Source of the DNA: Candidatus Kaiserbacteria bacterium
GTDB lineage: Bacteria > Patescibacteriota > Minisyncoccia > Phycocordibacterales > Phycocordibacteraceae
DNA: 64,000 nt
Assembly: GCA_023264445.1 (NCBI GenBank)
Contig: JAHFMN010000001.1
Location: forward strand, 177,878-241,877
Reading direction: 5' to 3'
Shown here in pieces: positions 53,992-61,807 of this stretch (the first letter of the stretch is position 1; every line of letters starts with the position of its first letter). Below the pieces are notes generated by a model, which ran no database searches, was not told the DNA's origin, and saw nothing but the letters and a program-made list of their open reading frames with translations. A program made the translations under genes and the position numbers.

Positions 53992-56970
53992 TTAGAGTCC
54001 AAGCTCGGCTTTTAATGCTTCGAGTTTCTGTATCGTAGAAGATCCTATATAGCCAGTGCCCTTGGTTCGACCATTCGGCACGAGTATCTCATCACGGTAC
54101 TTCTCTTGGAATTTTATGACGGCAAATCTTGTGCGAGGACCGAAGTACGTTATCTCATTTCCGGGAGAGCCGGGGCCCGAATCAGCGATTTGCGTCGCGG
54201 GATCACTATTGAGAATCTTCTGAAGGATGAGCACGTTATTACCTTCAGAACCCACTCTCATATCGGTGAAGATGCTTGGAGTAGTGGTGGTCTCATTTGC
54301 CCGATTGTTTGTTTCCGATGCTGATGGAGCGCGTGGAGTCTCTGGTGTCGGCGGTGTTGATGCGTCTGTGGATTTTGGTGGTTTGGTTGCCGTTTGGGTA
54401 GAAACAGGGACCTTGAGAGATACTTTTGCACTCTGGCCGCCACCCATGCACGAGAGAGTAAATACTTTTGTTGAAGTAATGTTGCCGAACTGATGCAGAC
54501 CTGAAGTAGGCAAGAAGATGCCGTTCCAATCCCCCGTTGCGGTACAGGAAGTCGCAGGAGATGTCGCATTCCACGAGAGGATAGTGGAACCGCCGGGAGA
54601 AACAGAGGAAGGGTTCGCAGTTAATTGTACTTCGATAGATGAACGCGCCCGTTCAGCGACAGCAACCGTTATGCTTTTCGTAAATTGATATCCATTTGCA
54701 CCGGTACAGGTGAGTGTATAGGTCTGATCGTCAGTTAAGTTACCCGTAGAGAAGGTGCCACTCCTCGTTTTGGTGCCGCTCCATGCCCCCGAGGCCGTAC
54801 AGGAAGTCGCACTTGCGACCGACCACAAGAGCGTGGATGCACCATTGTAGCGAATGGAGGATGGGGACGCAGAAAATGCTGGGGTGGGGAGAGTTTTTTG
54901 CAAGGAAATGGCACTTACAGAGGTTATCTCCGGGGATGCACAGCTTGTATCACTGGGCTTCTGTGCAGAACAGGAACCGTTGCATTGTATGGCACCCGTA
55001 CTAATCTGGCCGCAGGCGTTCGGGCTGGAGGTGCAGGCCGCACCGTAGCCGGCTGGAACATCCGGTGTTTCCGCATCACATACTCCCTCATCCATCGTAC
55101 CGGAATTGGTCTGCCCGCAGGCGTTCGGGGCGGAAGTACAAGATTGAGAGATATTTACTAACGTTACTATTGGACACTCCAAATCAGAGGGTTCAACTGC
55201 AGAACAGGAACCATTGCAACTGATAGTGCCGACATCGGTCATGCCGCAGGCGTTCGGGCTGGAGGTGCAGGCCGCACCGTAGCCGGCTGGAGTCGCCGGT
55301 ACGTCTGCATTACAAACACCATGTACTACCGTACCGGTACTGGTGGAGCCGCAGGCATTTGCAGCGGAGATACAGGATTGGGCGGCAGTAGGTGCAGCGG
55401 TAGCGGCAGTAGATGCAGTAGGAGTAGAGGCCGGACAAGAAGCGTTGGAAGGCCTTCTGGCCGAGCAGGAGCCGTTGCATTTTATCGTACCGGAATTGGT
55501 CTGCCCGCAGGCGTTCGGGCTAGAGGTGCAGGCCGTGCCATAGCTCGCAGGGGTCGCAGGTGTTCGCGCACTGCACAAACTGTTGCATCCGATGGTGCCG
55601 GTACTCCTTTGTCCGCAGGCGTTCGGGCTGGAGGTGCAGGCCGCACCGTAGCCGGCTGGATTCGCAGGAATTGAAGCGCTGCACGAGCCATTGATGACGG
55701 TCCCGGTGTTGGTCTGTCCGCACGCATTTGCGGCGGAGGTACAAGAAACAACTGCGAGAGGTGTCACCGGACAACTTGCATCTGATGGCTTTGCTGCCGT
55801 ACAAGAGCCATTACACCCAGTCGTGCCGGAATTGGTCTGCCCGCAGGCGTTCGGGGCGGAAGTACAACTGGAACCATAGGTAGGAGGATTGGCGGGAGTT
55901 GAGACATTGCACGAACCATTACAACCGATAGTGCCGCTGTTTCTCTGACCGCACGCATTTGCGGCGGAGGTACAGACCGTGTCGTAGCCGGCTGGATTCG
56001 CAGGAATTGAAGCGCTGCACGAGCCATTGATGACGGTCCCGGTGTTGGTCTGTCCGCAAGCATTTGCGGCGGAGGTGCAGGACTGAGGAGCGGTAAGTAT
56101 TGATTGAGTATCTGCTTGAACCGTTACGGTTGGTGCCTGCAAGAAAGGTACGCTTACTATTTTTTTAACCTGCACCAGCTGAAAATTAACGGTGTTATTG
56201 CACATAATCCAGAAGTTTATGAACCTCGTCTGGATAGGATTAAAAAAAGTTCCTAAGAGCTTCATCGAGACGGTGCCAGAAGTCGGACGTTGTGCAATAG
56301 CGATACTGGAACCAACATTCGAGTTGTACACGAGCTCATAATCGGCGTACGCGTTCAGTACGCAGTAGGCCGCATTGCTTGTAGACCAGCTTATGGTTGC
56401 CGTATCTCCGACGGAGATTCCTGACGATGGAGAAACAGTAAAGCTATCTATGGTCGGCGGATTCGCTCCTATGGTCGTCGTCGTGGGCGGTGGAGAAGAT
56501 GGAGGATTAGCAACCGTAAATGTTCTCGGTGTTCCTTGATAGATTGCACCTTGGCTGATTCCGGCAAAGAAAATCTTGTGATCGCCAGGCGCCAATACTC
56601 CTAAGTTTGCTGTAAAGGCGTTTGCGGGCGCAATTTGGTGTCGGTACGCACTACATGCTTCAAAATTGCTTTCCTGCAGGGTGGTCGCTAACGGGCAGTC
56701 GAGCACATACCACATCACGAGGAAGTTGTATGCGGGATTGATATTTCCAGAGATGGTGACCGGGGATCCGGTAGGATATGGGTTGAGTAGCGAATAGGAG
56801 AGTACGCCGCTCACCGTTGTCGCCCCACCTATATTGACTCCTCCCGTCACGGCGCCTCCTATTTGCGCTTTGGCGGTAATTGGCAAGAAACTGAAGAAAA
56901 GAATCGGGAGGATAACAAGAAAAGGCTGTGCTGACCTCCCAAACTTGCTTGCAAAAAATTTCCTACTCAT
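53992..56970 (-). CDS. large secreted Cys-rich tandem-repeat surface protein with Ig-like domains and C-terminal peptidoglycan-binding (PG_binding_1-like) domain
   Basis: 992 aa. Signal peptide, then about 10 copies of CTS[AS][AP]NACGQxxxGT...C...P(A/S)xY modules. Ig-like segments follow (…SC.A.G.W.G…T..Y.L.C.G). The C-terminus DMRVGSEGNNVLILQKILN...ITYFGPRTRFAVIKFQEKY matches the PG-binding fold. Confidence 0.8.
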   Translation of the reverse strand: MSRKFFASKFGRSAQPFLVILPILFFSFLPITAKAQIGGAVTGGVNIGGATTVSGVLSYSLLNPYPTGSPVTISGNINPAYNFLVMWYVLDCPLATTLQESNFEACSAYRHQIAPANAFTANLGVLAPGDHKIFFAGISQGAIYQGTPRTFTVANPPSSPPPTTTTIGANPPTIDSFTVSPSSGISVGDTATISWSTSNAAYCVLNAYADYELVYNSNVGSSIAIAQRPTSGTVSMKLLGTFFNPIQTRFINFWIMCNNTVNFQLVQVKKIVSVPFLQAPTVTVQADTQSILTAPQSCTSAANACGQTNTGTVINGSCSASIPANPAGYDTVCTSAANACGQRNSGTIGCNGSCNVSTPANPPTYGSSCTSAPNACGQTNSGTTGCNGSCTAAKPSDASCPVTPLAVVSCTSAANACGQTNTGTVINGSCSASIPANPAGYGAACTSSPNACGQRSTGTIGCNSLCSARTPATPASYGTACTSSPNACGQTNSGTIKCNGSCSARRPSNASCPASTPTASTAATAAPTAAQSCISAANACGSTSTGTVVHGVCNADVPATPAGYGAACTSSPNACGMTDVGTISCNGSCSAVEPSDLECPIVTLVNISQSCTSAPNACGQTNSGTMDEGVCDAETPDVPAGYGAACTSSPNACGQISTGAIQCNGSCSAQKPSDTSCASPEITSVSAISLQKTLPTPAFSASPSSIRYNGASTLLWSVASATSCTASGAWSGTKTRSGTFSTGNLTDDQTYTLTCTGANGYQFTKSITVAVAERARSSIEVQLTANPSSVSPGGSTILSWNATSPATSCTATGDWNGIFLPTSGLHQFGNITSTKVFTLSCMGGGQSAKVSLKVPVSTQTATKPPKSTDASTPPTPETPRAPSASETNNRANETTTTPSIFTDMRVGSEGNNVLILQKILNSDPATQIADSGPGSPGNEITYFGPRTRFAVIKFQEKYRDEILVPNGRTKGTGYIGSSTIQKLEALKAELGL
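54930..56079 (-). repeat. intragenic tandem DNA repeats (about 105-120 bp units, higher-order ~324 bp) encoding the Cys-rich modules
   Basis: Recurrent strings such as ggccgcaccgtagccggctgga and ctgcccgcaggcgttcgggc on the plus strand. The protein repeat spans about aa 298-680. Confidence 0.7.
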
Positions 56971-57173
56971 TGTGGAGTGGTGGGAGTTAGCATGGGAGCT
57001 AGCTGTGCACGCTCTTCTGCAGAAAGCGAGTTAAGAACCGCCGCCGCCGTTTGACTGTTAAGCGGCTGCAGTATTCCTGAATCCGTCACTATGTGGCTAT
57101 TCTTATAATTAAGAAGGTAGATGACAAGCGCTAATGCGAGAAGGAAGATACATGCACTGGAGACGTATTTCAT
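56967..57173 (-). CDS. hypothetical small membrane protein
   Basis: About 68 aa from MKYVSSACIFLLALALVIYLL; the alternative start at 57224 is possible. Stop overlaps the giant-protein start. Confidence 0.35.
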   Translation of the reverse strand: MKYVSSACIFLLALALVIYLLNYKNSHIVTDSGILQPLNSQTAAAVLNSLSAEERAQLAPMLTPTTPQ

Positions 57174-57301
57174 AATTACCTGCCCCGTCGATAGATCTTC
57201 GGGTTCCATGGATACCAAGATCATAGCCCGGTTTTTTTGATAAAAATAAGTTATTAACAGGCCTTTTTGACGTAAAAAGTCACAGAATTGCACACTGACA
57301 G

Positions 57302-57373
57302 TGCCCCCTCCAGGAGTCGAACCTGAATCAGCTCGTTAGGAGTGAGCCGTTCTATCCATTGAACTAAGGGGGC
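57302..57373 (-). tRNA. tRNA-Arg (anticodon CCT)
   Basis: Minus strand GCCCCCTTAGTTCAATGGATAGAACG-GCTCA-CTCCTAA-CGAGC-TGAT-TCAGG-TTCGACT-CCTGG-AGGGGGC-A. There is one A-C mismatch at the base of the anticodon stem. Confidence 0.65.
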
Positions 57374-57378
57374 TAGGG

Positions 57379-57621
57379 CTATGCGGTAATGCCGAGGGAG
57401 GACACGAGCCTCTCCTTATCAAAACCGATGATCATGTCGTTTCCGACAAAAATGACCGGTACGCCCATCTGGCCGGATTTCTGTATCATTTCCTGGCGCT
57501 TTTCCAGATCTTGCGCAACATTATAATCAGTATAGGCAATTCCCTTTTCCTTTAGGAAATCCTTGGTCATCTGGCAGAAGTGACAAGTCGGTGTGCTGTA
57601 AATAGTAATGGTTTTGTCCAT
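57379..57621 (-). CDS. glutaredoxin-like protein (NrdH/Grx family)
   Basis: 80 aa from MDKTITIYSTPTCHFCQ (CxxC) and GVPVIFVGNDMIIGFD. Confidence 0.7.
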   Translation of the reverse strand: MDKTITIYSTPTCHFCQMTKDFLKEKGIAYTDYNVAQDLEKRQEMIQKSGQMGVPVIFVGNDMIIGFDKERLVSSLGITA

Positions 57622-57742
57622 GTTCGTAGTGTTATGCGGGAAGTATACCACCTACAGTTATCCACAGAAATAGCAGTGCGGGTACCGGGAATCGGACTCG
57701 GGTCTCAACCCTTGCCCCGTTAGATATTCATCTATTTATCTG

Positions 57743-57813
57743 TGCGGAATGGGAGAATCGAACTCCCGCCCGTTGCTTGGGAAGCAACTGTTCTACCACT
57801 AAACCAATTCCGC
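57743..57813 (-). tRNA. tRNA-Gly (anticodon CCC)
   Basis: Minus strand GCGGAATTGGTTTAGTGGTAGAACA-GTTGC-TTCCCAA-GCAAC-GGGC-GGGAG-TTCGATT-CTCCC-ATTCCGC-A. Confidence 0.8.
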
Positions 57814-57869
57814 ATCTATCTAACGGGGTTGGAAGTCGGTCGACTTCTACCACTAAACCATACCCGCAA

Positions 57870-58208
57870 TTAGAACCAGTCAAATATCTTCTGCCACCAC
57901 GGGGGTGTCGTTGTCGGCGCTTTTTGCTCAGGCGGCACTACCACGATAACCTCTTCTCCGGGCCTCGCAACCCCAAAGGCCGTCCGGATGGCTGCATCCT
58001 TCCCGCGCTCGGTTTGCAGTGATGCGACGTTCGCTTGAAGCATTGCTTTGCGCTCCTCAAGCGTTTCGTATTGCCACTTTGCGTCGTTTGCCTGCGTGAC
58101 CGCTATCTGTGCCTTTCCGACGAGCCCCCAGATGAGCGAGAGCAGCCAGAAAGCGACGAGCAGCAGGATGCCGATGAGAACCCCTTGTCGCCACTGTTTT
58201 GCGCGCAT
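57870..58208 (-). CDS. septum-formation initiator-like (FtsB/DivIC/FtsL-type) bitopic protein
   Basis: 112 aa. One TM helix followed by a coiled coil (LEERKAMLQANVASLQTERGK). Confidence 0.45.
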   Translation of the reverse strand: MRAKQWRQGVLIGILLLVAFWLLSLIWGLVGKAQIAVTQANDAKWQYETLEERKAMLQANVASLQTERGKDAAIRTAFGVARPGEEVIVVVPPEQKAPTTTPPWWQKIFDWF

Positions 58209-58229
58209 CCTTTTTAGTATACCAAGTCC

Positions 58230-60041
58230 TCATTCGGCGGAGGATTGCACCATTTTCATGAATACTTCTTCAGGAATATTGACCGAGCCGGTCCCCCGCT
58301 CCAGCAATTTCTTCTTCCCACGCTTCTGCTTCTCGAGAAGCTTCTTCTTGCGCGAGACGTCGCCGCCATAGAGATACCCGGTCACGTCCTTGCGCATCGC
58401 GGAGAGTGTCCTCGACGCTATGATGCGTCCACCGGATCTCGCCTGAATCTTCGTGACAAAGAGCTGCTTTGGAAGAAGTCCGTGCAGCTTCTCCACCATC
58501 TTCTCTGCCTCCTCCTGGACTCGCTTGCGCGCAACCACGCGCGCAAACGCCAGCACCGGTTCGTCCGCAACGAGCACATCGAGCCGGACGACATCGGCGC
58601 TCCGTTCGGGAAGAATATCGTACGAGAGCGATGCATACCCCGAGGAAATACTTTTCAACTTATCAAAGAAGCCGCGCATGAGTTCTCTAAGCGGCATCTC
58701 CGCAATAATCTCGATGCGACCGTCGTGATACGTCTCGGTGCCGATGGTAATCGCCTCATGGTCGTAGAGCATCTGTACTAGCGCGCTGACTGCGTGTGCG
58801 GGGGTAATGATGATGACGCGCGCCCACGGTTCTTCTACCTGCGTGATTTCGCCGTGCTCGGGAAACCGCGATGGCGTGTAAATGACTTCGCGCGTTCCGT
58901 TTGCCATCGTCACCACGTAGGAAATCGTCGGTATCGTCACGACAAGCGAAAGGCCAAATTCCCTCTTCAAGCGCTCGGTGACGATTTCAAGATGCAGAAG
59001 CCCGAGGAAGCCGCAACGGAATCCCCTGCCAAGCACACCTGAAGACTCCTCTTCAAACGAGAGCGACGAATCAGAAAGCCGTAGGCGCAGAAGCGATTGC
59101 CGGAGTATGGGAAGATCGTCCTGACTCTCTGGATACACCGAGGCCCAGACGACCGGACGCGGCCGCTCATACCCGGGAAGTGTCGGAAGAGCGCCCTTTG
59201 CCGTACCGATAGTGTCGCCAACTGCCACGACGCCCGGCTCTTTGATGCCCGTCACGATGTAGCCGATTTCTCCGGCCGACAACGCGTCGGCCGGACGTTC
59301 CTCCGGAGCAAAGATGCCGACCTCAAGCGCGACGAATTCTTTTCCTGCCGCATGGAAGGCAAGCGACTGCCCTTTCCTAAAGGTGCCATCGAACACGCGC
59401 AAGTACACCGCAACACCGCGATGTTTGGAAAAAGAAAAATCAAAGATGAGTCCCCGCGGTTCCTCGCCTCCGGCGACTGCCCCCTCGCCTCCTTCGCGCG
59501 GAGGCGGCACGCGCTTGATGATGGCTTCTAACAATTCATCCACGCCGTCTCCTGTCCTTCCTGACACCATAAGCACCTCTGCGGGTGCAATATTCAGGAG
59601 TTGCGCGAGTTCGCTTTTTACCTCGTCAGTGCGTGCGGCAGGCGAATCAATTTTTGAAACGACGGGGATGACGGTGCACCCTTGCGCCCGCGCGGCCGCG
59701 AGCGTCGTCAGGGTCTGCGCCTGAATGCCCTGTGTGGAGTCAACGAGGAGAAGGACTCCTTCAACTGCATGGAGTGCGCGCGAGACTTCGTAGGAGAAAT
59801 CGATATGTCCGGGCGTATCAATTAAATTGAGGACGTACTCGCGATATTGCATCCGTACGGGCTGCATCTTGATGGTGATGCCGCGTTCACGCTCAAGATC
59901 CATCCGGTCAAGCACCTGGTCGCGCATCATCCGTTCTGGAATGGTCCCCGTGCGCTCCAGTAAACGGTCGGCTAGGGTCGACTTGCCATGATCCACATGG
60001 GCGATGATTGAAAAATTGCGGATGAGTTTCGGGTTTATCAC
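58230..60041 (-). CDS. lepA: elongation factor 4
   Basis: 603 aa. IRNFSIIAHVDHGKSTLADRLL...DTPGHIDF, and the LepA-specific C-terminal domain. Confidence 0.95.
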   Translation of the reverse strand: MINPKLIRNFSIIAHVDHGKSTLADRLLERTGTIPERMMRDQVLDRMDLERERGITIKMQPVRMQYREYVLNLIDTPGHIDFSYEVSRALHAVEGVLLLVDSTQGIQAQTLTTLAAARAQGCTVIPVVSKIDSPAARTDEVKSELAQLLNIAPAEVLMVSGRTGDGVDELLEAIIKRVPPPREGGEGAVAGGEEPRGLIFDFSFSKHRGVAVYLRVFDGTFRKGQSLAFHAAGKEFVALEVGIFAPEERPADALSAGEIGYIVTGIKEPGVVAVGDTIGTAKGALPTLPGYERPRPVVWASVYPESQDDLPILRQSLLRLRLSDSSLSFEEESSGVLGRGFRCGFLGLLHLEIVTERLKREFGLSLVVTIPTISYVVTMANGTREVIYTPSRFPEHGEITQVEEPWARVIIITPAHAVSALVQMLYDHEAITIGTETYHDGRIEIIAEMPLRELMRGFFDKLKSISSGYASLSYDILPERSADVVRLDVLVADEPVLAFARVVARKRVQEEAEKMVEKLHGLLPKQLFVTKIQARSGGRIIASRTLSAMRKDVTGYLYGGDVSRKKKLLEKQKRGKKKLLERGTGSVNIPEEVFMKMVQSSAE

Positions 60042-61720
60042 GGTTGTGCGGGCTCTTCGGCAGAAGGTGCAAGTGCGCTCGTGCGATTCATCGGTACGCG
60101 AATGAGGCGCGAAATAGAATCGGCAACGATGAGAAATTCTTTATTTTCGAGAAAAAATAACGTCAGTCCCGCAGCACAAAGACCGACGATGCCCGCAATA
60201 CACCCTTCTGTGAAGACAGCGGCGAGCGTCGTCAGAGGCGCAATACCTCCTTCGATAACGAGTGTGCCGTATGCAGCGGCACCGGCTGTAAGAGCGGCGA
60301 CACCGCCATCAGTGAGCGGCCGAATAAGCGTACGCGCGAGGCCGGGAGAAATAGCCCAAGTTGCCACAAGTGAAAGGAGGGCAAGAAATATCTGCCCGAG
60401 CGTCGCTGCGAGCGCGACGAGCAGAATAGCCGTACCGGGAACGTCGCCGACCTTGAGGAAAGCGGCAAATGTAGCGGGAAACCCTGCTGCCGGCATTGAA
60501 AGAAAGAACATAGCGAGCAGCACGGAAAGAACGCCCCCAGCGATCTGATATGCGAGCGGCCGCCAGGACTGCCGCACTGCGTAGAGCGCGCGCGAAAAAA
60601 GAAGCACAAGTCCTTGCGCCGCAAGTCCTACCGCAAGAACGGCAAGAAGAGCAGCAGTCAGACGCGTTGCATTCCAATCAAATGCACCAGTCCCAAGAAT
60701 CACGCGCACGATATGCGCCCGCAAGACCACGATGAGGCCGAGCGATACCATTGACCAGAGAATGACGTGCCGCGCGCTCGCTGAAAGGATGCCGGTAAAC
60801 TCTTCGCGCCGCTCGAGAGCAGACGCTTCGGAGAGCGCTGGGAATGCCGCCACTGCGTAGGAGGAGCCTATAAGCGCAAGTGGCACTGCCTGTAAATTTC
60901 CGGCAAAGGTGAAGACAGATACTGCACCCGTGCCGATTCTTGAAGCAAATGCTGTCAGAACTAGTGCCGTGATGGAACCCATCCCGAGCGCAAGCGAACG
61001 CGGTACGGAATCTCGTATGACCGGCATCATGAGTGCGAACCGCGGCAAACGAAAGCGCGGTATGACCCCTGCGTCCATAATCACTGGAATATTGACGAGG
61101 AGATACGCGAGCGCGCCGATGATGACTCCGGCACCAATACCGGGAAGCCCCCACACGGGGTAGAAGAATACCGCTCCCATAATGATGCCGAGGTTGTAGA
61201 GGACCGGCGAGATTGCAAAAAGCATGAAGCGCCGATGTACCTGTGTCACGCTTCCGAGGATGCCCGAGAGCCCGAGCAAAAGCGGCTGCAAGAGCAGCAT
61301 GCGCGCGAGCAGGATGAATTCGGATTGCTGTGTGGATGCCGCAAAGCTCGGATAGAGGAAGGTGAGAAATTGCGGCATGAAGACTGCAAGCACTACACAG
61401 ACAAGCCCTCCGATACCGAAGAGGAAGGTCGCGGATTCGGAAAGAAGTCGCCGCACTGCTTCCCGATCCATGCCGGTAATGCGGGGGATGAGCACGTAGG
61501 CGCTCACGAGCGAAGAGACGAGCGCGAAGACAAGGTCTGGCACGCGAAACGCAGCGTAATAGAGGTCAAGCACCTGGCCTGCGCCGAAAGCGTGCGCGAA
61601 CGCCCGATCGCGCAGAAGAGCGAGTACTTGCGAAGCGAGCGTGAGCGCCGCGAGCAAGTACGCGGCCTGATGCAGGCCGCGTACAGGTGCCGCGATACGC
61701 TCGAAAATCCATCGAACCAT
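60038..61720 (-). CDS. murJ: lipid II flippase MurJ (MviN family)
   Basis: 560 aa with about 14 TM helices. An N-terminal LLRDRAFAHAFGAG...DLYYAAFRVPDL signature. Confidence 0.8.
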   Translation of the reverse strand: MVRWIFERIAAPVRGLHQAAYLLAALTLASQVLALLRDRAFAHAFGAGQVLDLYYAAFRVPDLVFALVSSLVSAYVLIPRITGMDREAVRRLLSESATFLFGIGGLVCVVLAVFMPQFLTFLYPSFAASTQQSEFILLARMLLLQPLLLGLSGILGSVTQVHRRFMLFAISPVLYNLGIIMGAVFFYPVWGLPGIGAGVIIGALAYLLVNIPVIMDAGVIPRFRLPRFALMMPVIRDSVPRSLALGMGSITALVLTAFASRIGTGAVSVFTFAGNLQAVPLALIGSSYAVAAFPALSEASALERREEFTGILSASARHVILWSMVSLGLIVVLRAHIVRVILGTGAFDWNATRLTAALLAVLAVGLAAQGLVLLFSRALYAVRQSWRPLAYQIAGGVLSVLLAMFFLSMPAAGFPATFAAFLKVGDVPGTAILLVALAATLGQIFLALLSLVATWAISPGLARTLIRPLTDGGVAALTAGAAAYGTLVIEGGIAPLTTLAAVFTEGCIAGIVGLCAAGLTLFFLENKEFLIVADSISRLIRVPMNRTSALAPSAEEPAQP

Positions 61721-61807
61721 CGCTCTATAGTACCGTCATTCTTGGCTAGCACCAAGTGAACGGAAAGTGAGTTTACTTGTCCGGAGCGAACGCAGGAAGG
61801 AATCTTT

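Noticed and set aside
57677-57867. Interpretation of the outer Gly-like tRNA halves as a single intron-containing functional tRNA
   Set aside because: After conceptually removing the IR-tRNA-IR insert, with or without a CAA target duplication, no 5-bp anticodon stem with a 7-nt loop forms. The T-stem also has a mismatch. Reported as a split or pseudo tRNA rather than annotated as a gene.
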